In this document: positions 51,301-64,000 of the stretch, in pieces
Numbering within the stretch: the stretch's first letter is position 1
Layout: every line of letters begins with the position of its first letter
Assembly (NCBI GenBank): GCA_040954595.2
Contig: CM082585.2
Location: 9,722,564 to 9,786,563, forward strand
Reading direction: 5' to 3'
Origin: Balanoglossus misakiensis
Taxonomy: Eukaryota; Animalia; Hemichordata
Length of the DNA: 64,000 nucleotides
Notes under the pieces: model-generated
Databases searched by the model: none
The model's input: only the letters and a program-made list of their open reading frames with translations
What the model was told of the DNA's origin: nothing
Position numbers and translations under genes: made by a program

Positions 51301-54300
51301 GGGGCCACGGTGACACTGAGAATGAGGTTGGAGGGATGTGGCAAACATACAATCCTTCAACATGCACCTGTTTGACTTTCGCTCTACTTTTCGTGCAAGT
51401 CATAAGTGGCCTGTATCCCCCAGAAGGGTCACCCTTCTAAAACTAATAAACCATGTACCCCTTTCTGCGAGCAAAGAAAAACCGAGTGGTCAAATTCTAG
51501 CCAAGAGAATAAATTAGGGCACTGACAATACAGACTTGGAATATCCGATAGCCTCTCGGTGGTTTTAGGTCTGTTAAGCGCCAGATATAGTTTCACGTTT
51601 GTATGTGCATGGCGTGCAAATACCAGGCGTTCGAAATCAGCATCCGTGTGTAGAACTAAGAAGTAAAACCACGGTGGAGTACAGATATAGTATAGATACA
51701 TGGGTTGTGCACAATAAAAAAAAACGCAAATCGCGACCACGGTTTATGGTCATCCACGGGCTCCAACGATCCCATGTGCAAATTTTGGAGATCCGCTTTG
51801 CGCCAGCTTGTCGCCTAATTTCTTAATGTGCGTCATCAAAAATCATAGTCGACGCCAACAGGATTTACTTGATCGATGAAGAACAACAGTACAGATCTGA
51901 TAGTTGCAAAGCAACGCACAGCGCACCAAAAGCCCCGGGGCACTGAAATCGCCCGAACGTTAAGATGTTGTCCAGAAGGTGTTCGGCGCAGTTCTGGAAA
52001 CTGTATAATCGAGTGTTGCTCAGGTACCCGTCAGGATTGTCGCTCTCCCCCGGCCCTCCTCCTGTACTTTGTAAACAAACCAAGATAGCGCGCCTCCACC
52101 GTCACACCTGCACAATTGTACTCCCAAAACTATCAAAACCCGGCACACCTGTTAATCGTTCTCTTTATCTCATCTCCTCGTCCTCGTGACGCAGTGTCCT
52201 TGACGTTGAGCCAATATATCACACAGTGACATTCTTTGGTCACTCTTTACTGAAAATGCCTGACGCTAACTCCAAAGTCAATACACTCCGTTCGGCTCAA
52301 TATACAACTCTGTTGACTGGCTTTGTTGCTATGAAGCCATCGATGGTTTCTGATATGGAATGATATTGCCGCGGCATCAACTCCGTCGGTCAAGTGTTTA
52401 ATAGCCGCGGGCCGGACAGAGAAGGACTTTGGAATTTCGGGTTCGTTTCGGTCATAATTAGGCACAATGGCTAAATGCCGTTGGTTAATAGATCAGACAA
52501 CTGCGTGATTTTTGCTGTCAGAACTAATTAAGATTTCTTCAGCATTCTCGAGACTGTGATATTTTTTTCTGAAAGATATTCGCTCAAAATTGGTAAATTC
52601 ACGTTATAAGGAGTCGAAGACTTGGTGAAAAGATGATGACGTCATCACTGAAATTTGCAAATAAACCGCGACAAAACAAGTCCCGCATAAATAACCTCTC
52701 ATGCGGTATACCTTCCCACCTCTTACCGATCAATATAATCCTACTCTAGATTAATCCACTGGTCTTTAATGTGGTTGCTTACTGTTTATCCAAGACTTCG
52801 CAAAATGCAAGGCAGAGGCTGTGCTCGTTTTCCTACGTCAACCATTTCCATAGTAACGGACAGATGCGCAAAAAATGTGGGTGTTACGCACACAAGGGCA
52901 TTGGTAGAGTTGCATTGAGCTGAGTACCTAAACACTTGAATACGTCACTCTGACATTTCAGAAGTGACATAATTCAACAGATCACGGTCACACTTGGAAA
53001 TTTAAATTTTAACCTATACACTGTTTTTAAAATTTCAGCACGCACGGCTTGTTATTTTGCCACCAAAATCGATAGACTGATAAATCGAGTTAGCTATGTA
53101 CATATTGTGGACACTAATTTTTCACAGGGAATTTCTGTTACCTTGGTAGCGATTTATCGACGCGGACACTTGACGCCATCTTTCATGCATGACTTTTCTG
53201 GGGGAATTAAACCATGTTTAAAAGTACGGTTATTGTAGCGTATGTTGCTTATTTTAAATTAATTTAATTTAAGCTCCAACAGGTGGTTTTAAACCAGTGA
53301 CATTTGCCCATGCAAATGACAAGAGAACACAGACAGGTTAGTTAATCTGTTCTTCAGAGTACAACTTCTCAGTGCTTGAGTTGTTCGTGTGGAAATTTTT
53401 ATGAATACGCTTGTCTCTGCCGGTTTTCAGCCCCCCCCCCCCCCCCCGAGCAACAGAAATACTTCAGCTTTCACTCTGCTGTCGACATGCAAACTGTTAA
53501 AACGATTTCGGTCGCAAACACATTAACATGTTGTAAATAACAAGAATACACGTACCAAAGGGCAGTCCACCTTTTTGTATTCCTCCAGCCTGTTCCTACA
53601 GGCGCTGATTTTGAGCCAAAATCTCGACTTATTCTGCCATGGTTTAGACCCTGCAGCATCAATCGGAGGGCTTTCTTTACTTTGTCAAATCTGTGAGCTC
53701 GTTTTTCGTCGAGTAAGACCTTTTAGTTTATTGTACAAGACAGCAAACCGCATCGCATGTGTTTGTTGACCTTAAATTCAAATAGAGCAAGCCATCGTGT
53801 TTTTTGGTTGGTTTTTAAAATAGCAACAGGGGTTTGTCTGTTATTTTCAGACAAATAAGCGTGACCTCTCCCCGCCTCTTTGTTGGTAATTATGTGGCTC
53901 TTATATGCTGTGTTTGTAGTGTATATGGGATTTGACTGTCAATACGAGTTATTGTGGATTTCCACCAGGTGTTCTCAATGGAATTTCTATAGCCCCCCTC
54001 TGCTGTCGGATTCGCCTCACAATGGAGGCTCGCTCTGTAGTTGCAGTGTCTCGAACTTTTTTGGCGGTGCTCGCTCACAGCAGAGACTTGACATTGACTG
54101 CGCATTAAGTCTAATTACATACATGTGAGGTCTGTCCCAATAGGAGACAATGCGGTTTGACCGGCGGCTATAGACTCCGCTTATAGGTGTCAATATCGAG
54201 ATCAACGCCCAAAGGAAAATGTTTGTGTGTCCAACAAAGACGGGGGTATTTCTTTTTCCTTTTTACTCGTTGATAGAGACCTTAGAAGTGAAGTTCATGC

Positions 54301-57262
54301 CCACGCTTTCTCTCTTTCTTTTTCCTTACTGGTTAATCCCCCTTAATACTAACACACAAAGCACGTCATCCTTGGCCATACGTCTCCTGGCCTGCCTCGC
54401 CTATTTACATCTCCCGATTTCCTTTAAACATGTGAAATGAACATTGTAATATCTACGTAAAGTAAACATCCTCCAATATACACACTTGCAATGAACACTT
54501 ATAATGTTTCTTTCTATCTGGTGTATACCTGATCAGACTGCAGCCCCAGTATATGCTTTGAATGTTGAAATAAACATCACTCAGACATTCCACAGTACCA
54601 TATTGGTCACTATTTTTAGTACATAATCTACGCACTTAATCACAGAATTAAAGAGCCATTTCGCATGAAATCTACATGGTCAGGGTATGTTCTCAACAAG
54701 GACCATTGCAAGTCGCGCTGTTGGAAGATCTCTAGTAGCTCTCGTCTGTGCTTTCAAGTTAAACTTTACACCGCGAAATTGAGCGGATTTTCTATAATGG
54801 TTTCTCGTGACCCCGGCGAACCCTTAACGAGGACCGGTGTGGCGGACCGTGCACTCGGAAAAATGCGTCGAATTCCCGAGAGAAATGTCACACCACCTTT
54901 ATTGTGTGTGGTTGTCGACTAGGCTCGGGTACACTGGGGGGGGGGGGGCATTTTTGCTGATTTACTGCTCTGTTCTAAAGGTCACACGGGGTGACTGTGC
55001 GAAAAATAGATGGGCGTCCGACCACAACGCACAGAGTCTCTTTAAACGGTAAAAACACGACCTAAACACCCGACGTGACGTTACAATTACTGTGCGGCGC
55101 GCGCGTCCGAGTCGTGTCAACGGGGCGTGCTTAGTAACCGGTGCGTAATTAAATCAGTGATTATGATATAAGTCTTGCTCACCTGTCCGAGTGGTTATCA
55201 GAAGACATCGTTGACATGGTTTTAGTCAGACCAGTTTCACGTCACAAACAGCGAGGAACGAAGTACGCGTATCATTGAAAACATCTGTAGTATCCAACGG
55301 AACTTTCGTGTCTAAAAATGAGTTTTCCACAGTCATTTAAAACTGCTCAAATATTTCCAGTGCATTCACACATGTTCGTTCCAAAGGTTGCTGCCTTTAC
55401 AAGCAGCTACCATGGCCTCCCTACTACGCAAACTAGAGTGTGTGGGATGGCTGATCGCATTACTAACAACGCGTAATCTCATATCATATCGGACTGGACC
55501 ATTCCAGAAATGGGGATGTTGGATGTAACAGAATCCATATTTTGGGGTAGCCGGTGGAGTTGTTGGCGAAAAGACAGCATATTTCACGGAATGTTTTAAC
55601 TCGTGATAATAAACACGAATCAAGAAGTAAGTAAACTGGTAAGATAGGGTTGTATTATTGCATTCACCCCTGTACGTTATGCGGTTGTGAGAAATCCACA
55701 CAAGGTCTCTAGAATCCGCGGTAACCAGTAACGCAGTCGCAATGACAGAAACAAACAGATACACTCGGCCTCGATTAGTAAAATATTAACAGATGAAATC
55801 TCTTTTAACCTTCTCTTATGTAAGCATGTAAGTGCGATTTTAAGTAAAAACATACCATAAAACGTATATAAACGGATGCAGTCTAGAACTATATTTACTT
55901 TTAGCGGGACAACGGGATATATAAAATAAATAGGACATTGACCTGGTATAGATATTTCCAAGTTGTAATTATTGTTTTATTTCACATGATAAATCCTGTT
56001 GTAAATCGCGATGGCGTCATGGACTGTTACGAGGCTTTGTATGGGTCAGAGTTCACGCAAACACTAACACAACAACAGACAGATAGCCATGCATTGATAT
56101 ACCTGGCAAATGATTGCTTCGCTATCCACATACTACTCATCTAACCTGTCCCCACCAAGCCACCAAAAGACATGCCGATCCCGTATGGCACTATAAAAGG
56201 GATTTCGTCACACAAAAAGCGAAGGTGTGAAACCGCCGTTCTCTGGTAATAAAAAGTAATTGTGGGCGCATTGTAGCTTTAATATGCTGCTCTGCATGTT
56301 TGAAAATAATCGGTCTGGAACCCTGCTGCGGAAAGCAATTGTCTGTGCACTTTTCCGAAGAGGCTTCTCCACTACACCGAGTGTCAACGTTCGTTAATGC
56401 ATGTCAAGTGACAGACCGTATTATGTCAAAATGTTCTGTATTTGATTAAAACTGCAGAACTCCTTTCATGTTCACATGAATAAAAAGTTCATGAGGTTGC
56501 GGTTCTGTCTATTGCGTCTAGCCACTGCCTCGGGGCGCATGACTCAATGAATGAGAGTTATTTAAATGTTCTCATGCTTCCTTTGGTCTATTGAAGATTG
56601 CGGTGATCCCTTGTACTTTTAGTGTACGAAAGGGGTTAAAGAAATGACCACAGAGGGCGGTGTTCAACTCTGAGCTGGGCGGATGCCATTTCCATGCCGA
56701 CGGCTTCCCTTTTATTAACTATTTTGTCAGCCCCCTCAGTGTAGAGTTTTATGAACGTGTATTTAAATACATTAATCCAGCAACAAACATATCGGAATTA
56801 TTGTAAATTTCATGTATTTTGGTGTCCTGTATTGTCTACTTTCTGATTCTGCGACATAACCAAACAATACACACTGACTTAAATCACATCTGCATTTATT
56901 TGCATCGAACTATTTATGTCATATCACAACTTTTACATGCAAAATTTCACAAATGACAAGAAGTACATACTTCACATACTGGTATATAATTTTCTTGATT
57001 AGAATTCTGTTAGTATTGATAAAACAAATATCAGTTGCCAATGCAGCATGCAGAGTGCATCACATAAAAACGAAAGCTTCATTATGATAAACATTTTACT
57101 CTAATTGAACTTTGAGATGAATTTTCAGAAAGAGAATGCTTTACCTATAGACAATCTGGACTCCCTGATGACAATTTGTCATTAGCACCAAAATGTTGAT
57201 CATTAAATTTAAAAACTAATAACTTCATCAAAGTGAAATCAGCAATGAGGGAGGGGGGTTGT

Positions 57263-57751
57263 TTAGAATTCTGGATCAGAGTCTTCCTCTTCATCCCAGC
57301 CACTTGATTCAATGGCAGGTAAAAAGTCCACCTCAACGTCATATTCAAACCCGGGATCACCCGGTTTCTTCCTGTGTTGTTCAAAAGTCTCCTCCATAAT
57401 TGCTTTCTTCTGCCTCAGCGTCGCTTCGTCCACTTTGTTGAGATCCTCGTTCGGGTCGATAGTGTTCTCTTTTTCTATCGTGTCCAGTGTCTCCTCCAAG
57501 CTCACTCCCTTCAAGTGTTCCTGGATTATCCGCAGGAGTTTCTCAATCTGCTGCCGGCTGATGTTCTCCAGGAATTTTTTGTGCCTGGAATTGCCGATCA
57601 GGTCCTCGGCAGTCCGGGTGATTCCGGATCTCTTGGTGAAATTCCTGATCGGCATGGTCCGCTGCCGGAGTTTCCCGTTTGAGTTCTTGTATGCTATGAC
57701 CAGTGCCGGTGGGTCAAACCTCACACCGCACTGTGTTGGAGTGACAGACAT
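57263..57751 (-). CDS. CEP19: Centrosomal protein of 19 kDa (CEP19 / C3orf34), single coding exon, 162 aa
   Basis: Complete ORF with CEP19 hallmarks: CGVRFDPPALVIAY, GKLRQRTMPIRNF, RHKKFL, IDPNEDLNK, M..TFE..RKKPGDPGFEYDVEVDF and the acidic GWDEE tail. A splice acceptor (gtcttAG) lies about 20 nt upstream of the ATG. Confidence 0.95.
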   Translation of the reverse strand: MSVTPTQCGVRFDPPALVIAYKNSNGKLRQRTMPIRNFTKRSGITRTAEDLIGNSRHKKFLENISRQQIEKLLRIIQEHLKGVSLEETLDTIEKENTIDPNEDLNKVDEATLRQKKAIMEETFEQHRKKPGDPGFEYDVEVDFLPAIESSGWDEEEDSDPEF

Positions 57752-58339
57752 GCTGGCAATACGTCAGGCTTCTAAGACATAGAGCTGGTTCATGTACCAG
57801 TTTTCATTCAGTGGCCGATTTTTTATGTGACTGTTGAGAAAATAACAATCACACAAATGTAACTGTTTAGTTTGTAAACATTTGTTAAAACGTATACAAT
57901 GTACATATACATGTATAGCAAGAGCAGTTCCTAACGACAATTGATATGCAAAGGTGTTGTTTTCACAAAGACAATTGTATAATAGGTATTTAGGATCCAG
58001 AAAGGTGCAGCTGCCACGAACAAACAAAGCACTCACTCAGTTTCAGTTCAACTTCAGATATCTGAGAATCGATCCCGATAAAATAAATTTTCATGAATGT
58101 TCTTTGCAAATTATGTTATGATCATTGGGTCATCGTCTCAATATCGTTTGCTAGTCAAAGCTGCACGGTAGGCAAGCGGTACACTAGTATACAAGGTCGA
58201 CTATTGGCTGTTGACACTGTAGTAAGTTTGAATGGACTGTTGTTGGCAGGGCCCCAAAATTCGAATCGTTCGCGAATGCGAGAAACAAAATGGTTTCATG
58301 AATGTGTGCATAGAATCAACAAATCGTAAAGACAATAAA

Positions 58340-58800
58340 GTATCCAACCAACTTACATGCTAAACAATTAGCAATGTAGGCATTTACTAAAGTCTACGAG
58401 CTAATTAACGTACCTACGTACAGGCATGTCTAACGTTCCTGAGGTCACAGCAGCGCCATCTTTACTCCAGGGAATCCCTTGCGATGATTGGTCAATTACC
58501 GATGACCTTTGCCCTTTGGTCAAAAAAGACATTCACTGTTTCTCTATTTTCAAGTCACTTTTCAACCTTATTTGTACGACACATAAACTCTTTAAATCAC
58601 GAACTTCTCAAGTAACCGATTCCAAGTGAGAATATCCTCGAAACTGAGAGTAACTGAGAGAAGCAAATCTTTGAGCAAAATGCTCTGCTCATGCGCAATA
58701 AAGGCCCGCCATCTTGAACCTTGCCAACTTCATTCTGATAGAAAACTACGGATGTCAATTATGAAATAGAATATCTTCGATATTATCTTGTCGAATTAGG
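58340..58800. promoter_or_regulatory. Probable bidirectional promoter between CEP19 and EMSY
   Basis: Divergent genes with 5' non-coding exon donors at about 58357 (-) and 58800 (+). Two YY1-type CGCCATCTT motifs (58454, 58707), a CCAAT box on the minus strand (~58487) and a DR1-type TGACCTtTGCCCT at 58503-58515. Confidence 0.6.
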
Positions 58801-59105
58801 TAAGTCTATGGGGTATTGTCGAGCGGCAAACCCCATTACACTCTGTCGATTTTCAGGTCAATATATCCACGCGTCTGCTGAAAAGAAAGAAACTATCGTG
58901 GTAGTAGCGTGTCGGAAACATCACTTATCATTTGTGTTAGTGTACATATACACTGTATGATGGGGGTATTGTATGGTATCTACATGTGTAAGTAAAATGG
59001 AGTCGGCGAAAATTTAACAGAATTATAATGTTTACAATCCGTGAACTTAAGTCGAGTAACATTCTGTTCTTTTCTTGCAGCCTGTGACAGTCTTATTTTG
59101 ACAAG

Positions 59106-62100
59106 ATGTGGCCCAAACTGCTTGATATGAGCAGAGATGAATGTAAGCGGACACTGCGGAGGCTGGAACTAGAAGCCTATGCCTCTGTGGTCAGTGCTTT
59201 CAGGGCACAGGGAGATCTCTCCAAGGACAAAAAGAAACTGCTGAATGATATCGGTGTTACACTTAGGTATGCAATGGAAAAACGGCTTACAGTGTTTATA
59301 TTAGTACAAATGTACATGTATGTCTTTCTGTCTGTCTTAGTAATGATTAAAAGTATACTCTCTAACTTGTTGAAATTGAATATTGAAGGAAGACAATAAT
59401 CAGGGTCTTATTCGATTCTCTTTTCCCAGCATTTCCACTGAGAGGCACCGAGCCGAAGTCAGACGAGCGGTGAACGATGAGAAACTGACCACCATAGCAG
59501 ATCAGTAAGTAAAAGATGCAGTCGGTCTTGGTGTCGCTGTGCCCAGTTTCTTCATATAATAGTGCAGTGTTTTCCTCTGAAATAGGTCAGTGTTGTTTCT
59601 TTGGGCTTGATCCCATTTTTCCTGATCACGTAATCTCTGCCGTTTCATTTCAGCATGACTGGGCCGAACAATTCCTCCGAATGGGCCATAGAGGGCAGGA
59701 GACTGGTGCCACTGATGCCCAGACTGGTGCCACAGACGGCATTTACAACCACCGCCACTTCTGCAGCCAATGCAGCCATGTTCCACAACCTGACACTGCC
59801 GCTGCCCTCAGAGACTGGCCTCAAGAGCAGTAAGTTCAAACTTTGGGGTGTTTCTCACTACATTAAACTGATTTTTGCTCCCTAGGTGAGTGATAAAAAT
59901 CTCGTGTCACATATCCTTGATATTTGTCTTATTGTTTTTACATTGCTCTGCACTTTCAAATTATTTGAAATCTACCTTTTGCCACTCTTTCATCTTCTAT
60001 GCTTCTGTTTCAGTCATCCCGGCGTCCATGACAAGTGGGGCATCAAATTCATCAGGGGTCACGACCCCAGGGAGTAGCAGCAACAGTATCACGACCAGTA
60101 GCATCAAGTCGCCAAGACCTACCAGTCCAATGTCCAATGTAGTTGTCTTGCCAAGTGGGCTGTCTATTCATGTGAAAAGTAAGTGTACACGTACATCAAG
60201 AAAACAGAATTCCTACAAATTATGATATGCTGGACGATTGACACCAGTCCTGGAATGTGTGATGTTACAGACATTAAAATCAGCGATATAGAGAATGTCA
60301 TTTTTCGCTTTTATTCCATGAACAGGTGAGCCTGACTCGGACGACAAAAGCAAGAAACGGAAGCGATCGAACTCTACAAGTTCCACAAACAGCAGCAAAG
60401 ATGCTGTGATCAGCACAACGTCTATCCCGTCGCCGGTGATCCCGACGCCGAAGACGACAGTTCTGCCGATTACAAGTCCAAAGATCACGTACATGACCAA
60501 CACTAGTGGCACGGGTATTTCACCGGTCAAGATCACCTTCACAAAGGCCGCCACCCCAGGGTCTTCAACCATCACTACACCACAGAAGGTATGTGTAAAA
60601 TTCTACATAGAAAAAGGGAAACTTGTCAAATAGAAATGTCCCGGAATTTCAAACTACTCCTGGAAAGTCCTTCAGGGTCCCAGAAAAATGTGCTTCAAAG
60701 ATTACTTGCTTACCTGTTCTCTGTGTTGATTGGTGTTGAGTCCTTAAATCTGCCCAGTAAATCACAAATCAGTCTTCAATGTCTGTTGTCTAGGTCATCA
60801 TTGTGTCAAGTTCATCATCCTTCACGCCAAGCATTCTACAGAGGTCGCAGAACGTCACTGTCAACCGAACGCTGACTTCAACCTCCAACGTCTCAAGATC
60901 CTCAATAATCTTCTCCACGACCGCCTCGTCCACCAGCAGTGGTAACCCCAGTATTGTGTCTGTCAGTCCATCAAGCGGTTCCGTAATTTCACCAGGTAGG
61001 GATTGTAATCGATCATCAATAAGCAGTTAAGTTCCCCAACCTTTTTGGGACATAAAACACAAATACTGCCCGTATAACTGAAACTCGCTTACCGTAATTT
61101 CCCCCACACAGTGTGTGTAGTCGGTACTGCAACCACAGCATTCCTGTCAAACTCAATAAGCGCAGCAAAACCTCGGCCGAAAACCATCAACCGAGTCAAA
61201 ACAAAAGTGATCTCTTCAAGCGCGTCCTCGTTGCTTGCCACAGCAGTGTCTGCTGCCACCTCTGGGACGTCTGTCACGTCGTCACCCATGACGAAAATAA
61301 TGACTACGGGATCGAGCAGCGTGTCGTCCAAACCATCCATCCAGATAGTCCAAGAGCATGGTAAGGACTCTCTTCAGATCTCATAGTAGTAAATTATTTA
61401 TTGTTGTTTCGTTGTCCATTTAGAGTTGAATGATTTGACAATACTTGAGTAATGTGACTTAGCTTGGTTTCTCTCTTTTCCCTGAAGGAGTCAAGATCAT
61501 AACACAGACAGTTCCCGGAAGCAAAATTCTACCAAAGCCGATCACAATAGGATCCTCTACAGGAACTCCTGTTGTGATGGTGACCACCACTATCCCTACT
61601 ACTGTTGTCATGACAACAAAGCCCATAACATGTACTGCTGGTGAGTGGAATATCGAAGTTGATGTAGAATCTTCTGTTGTGTTTTAATCTCAAGCTCTGA
61701 ATACCAATTCATTCACATGTTTTTCCCTTGCAGGTTCCCATGGTAACCAGGTTGTGATCAACCCAGCTGGGGGTACCAGAATAGTGACGACACCTCAGGT
61801 GTGTGGCAGTCGCACCTCTTCCAGTGCTGGCAACATCATCACCGTCACGCCCAAGACACTGCAAACATCTGCCGTCAAGACGTCTGGCACTTCTGCAGGT
61901 GGGTTCTCTTTGACCTCTGGTGACCCCACATACAAATCAAAGAGGCTTGTGGGTGATTTCACAGTCTGTGGTATTGGCACCCAGACTTTGAATTTCATGA
62001 GCCATCTGTATGTTAGAGTAACCCTCTAACCACCATGGTTTGGTCCAAACACATTGTTTTCTATAGTAAGGATGGAACTTTATACAGGGAAATAGGGGTG

Positions 62101-64000
62101 AAGGGTTAACTGTCATGTGCCAGCTTTTTATAATAAAATTTTATAATGTGTATTGAGAAATACTACAAGATTTATTTTTTATTTTTTTCCTGTATCTCTG
62201 CTAATGTAAATCTTTTCTTTGCAGTGGTGATGACCAAGCCATACATAGCAGGCACAGCATCTACTGGAAAACCCAATGTTATCATTGTACAGAAAGCACC
62301 AACCAAGACAGTGGCTGTCACAAAAACAACACCAAGTGCATCCATACAGAAAAGTACACATGTGAGTATCCATGAAATCATTTACGTGCAGGATCCATCT
62401 TGATTGAAATTTGTTCAAAGGATTTCATCAAACCTTGCTGAACACAATCTGAGAATGTTATTAATTTTTATCCAGTTTAATTCTTGCCCTCTTTCATTCC
62501 AGGAAATCCCTGGCAATAAGACCATCATAGTGTCCACCACCAGTGGTAACCAGAGCAGAGTTGTGTCAACACTGCCACTGCCACAGACAATGCAAGGAGC
62601 TGTTAAACCTGGCACCAGTCAGAACAAGACACAGGTAAGTCAAGTGACATTGGTCTGGGCGAGGCATGTCTGATCATAGATCAACAATCACAGAGTCAGG
62701 CAGCAAAAATCAGTCTTGACTTATTCCAAATGATGAGATTCGGAAAGCATGAAATCTTTAAATCCTGTAAGGTATTCCCATTTCATTTCATTTTCCTCTT
62801 CTTGTTCAAATTCCCCGTAGCAGGTAGTGATAAGACCCAAACCGACCGGAATGCAGGCACCGATATCGGAGCAGGTGGAGAGGCGTTCGGGATCGCCGAT
62901 ACTGTCGGAACTCATGCAGCAGTCAACGGAGCTGGACATTCCAAACGTAATTCCGACACCCAGCCAGAGCGGCACAGGTCATATCTCGCCGTGTGTTGCG
63001 GATGAAACAAGCTCCGTTGGATCTGGGCAAAGTGAAAGCAAAGGTGTGTGTAGCCTGTGATGTCAAGTTCTCATTGGAGAGTGGATGGATATTCCTACCC
63101 AGAACAAGACAGAATTTACCCTCAAATCAACTTGAAATCCAGGAAATAATCATACAGCGTTTCATTCATAATGTTTGATTTATAGAGATGACTTTGTGTC
63201 TCTAAATTAATTGTTTCAAATTCACTTTCCGTTTCAGTTGAAATTAAACACACTGGGGATATCTTGGAGGCAGCTGTGGCAGCCATCACCAATGGCAACC
63301 AGTGGGTGGAGTATGATGATCCCATGCCAACAGTCTCCCAGGCAACACCAACGCTGCCGTCAACCTACCAAGAGAAGTCGGCCTCCTCGGCCATCAAGGC
63401 TTTGTTGGAAATACGCAGAGATCCTACAAAAGGTGAAATCTCCCAGAATATAGTTATGTTTTTGTATTTTTTCGCCAATTTTCAAGTTCCCAATTGACTC
63501 GCATAATACTTGCCTTTCAGTTGAGACGACTCGACACCAAACCATTGATCTAAGTAAGATGGCTGTGCCGCTGCAGATGCCGAAAACAGAGAGTCCAACG
63601 TCAACGTCTAGTACGAGCACAAGTGCATCGGGAATGGGGACCAGTATTCTGCCAGAATTCTTCACAGTTGGTAAGTCACTTGCCACCAGCTACTGTGACA
63701 ACACTTGAAATTGTTTGAGGATTAGTGGACCCTCTAACAAGCATGATTTCCGACTGTATTGCAGCTTACAGAGTCATTCAGTGTATTTGATGCTTCTCTT
63801 ATAGACACCACACCCAAGGCTCCCCCGAGCGGAGAACTCCAGGGCTCGGCATTCCTGCAGACGGCCACCATGGAAGTGGAGAAGGCGCTCCAGGAACGCA
63901 ACAAGGCCCTGCAGCAGCAAGGACAGATACAGGACTCGGACACGTTCCCCGATCTGACAATCCACAAGGCCGGCAACCGGCAGAAGAGGAGCGAGATCCT
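59106..64000 (+). CDS. EMSY: BRCA2-interacting transcriptional repressor EMSY (N-terminal ENT domain plus Ser/Thr-rich region); 3' end runs off the window
   Basis: The N-terminus MWPKLLDMSRDECKRTLRRLELEAYASVVSAFRAQGDL..ISTERHRAEVRRAVNDEKLTTIA..GPNNSSEWAIEGRRLVPLMPRLVPQTAFT is the EMSY ENT domain, followed by SNVVVLPSG and SPVKITFTK. Exons: 59106-59266, 59430-59504, 59654-59829, 60014-60178, 60326-60588, 60794-60995, 61112(or 61121)-61360, 61488-61640, 61734-61898, 62225-62361, 62503-62634, 62821(or 62824)-63043, 63238-63432, 63521-63670, 63805->64000. A non-coding first exon ends at the GTAAGT donor at 58800. Confidence 0.93.
62018..62109 (-). mobile_element. ~90-bp MITE copy 3 in an EMSY intron
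   Basis: gTAACCCtctaaccaccatggtttggtccaaacacattgttttctatagtaaggatgga...ggggtgaaGGGTTAA is the reverse complement of copy 1, with (T)TAA-CCC...GGG-TTAA termini. Confidence 0.7.

Noticed and set aside
55366-55764. 132-aa minus-strand ORF with a signal-peptide-like start
   Set aside because: It starts at GTG, has no clear splice context and shows no recognisable family motifs.

Overview
AT-rich, intron-containing animal genomic DNA. It looks like an invertebrate deuterostome; the MITE families remind me of enteropneust hemichordates, but that is low-confidence inference. I assembled seven protein-coding loci by hand from ORFs and splice-phase checks: (1) first coding exon of a natriuretic-peptide-receptor-type membrane guanylate cyclase (-), whose remainder lies off the left edge or was not found; (2) a 7-exon cytosolic sulfotransferase (+) that needs a GC-AG intron; (3) a 9-exon SLC27/FATP very-long-chain acyl-CoA synthetase (+) ending in PTS1-like AKL; (4) a 6-exon NR2E nuclear receptor (-), most like PNR-like/NR2E6, with a 4-nt first coding exon and a shortened C-terminal helix; (5) FAM124 (-) with two candidate alternative first exons; (6) CEP19 (-); and (7) EMSY (+), head-to-head with CEP19 and running off the right edge. 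Also present are several non-autonomous DNA-transposon (MITE) copies, microsatellites and an orphan promoter-like cluster near 38.6 kb. I found no rRNA, tRNA, CRISPR array or autonomous transposase, and no clear evidence of a wholly new multi-gene system. The best leads are the divergent NR2E receptor, the FAM124 twin first exons and the orphan promoter/short-ORF locus.
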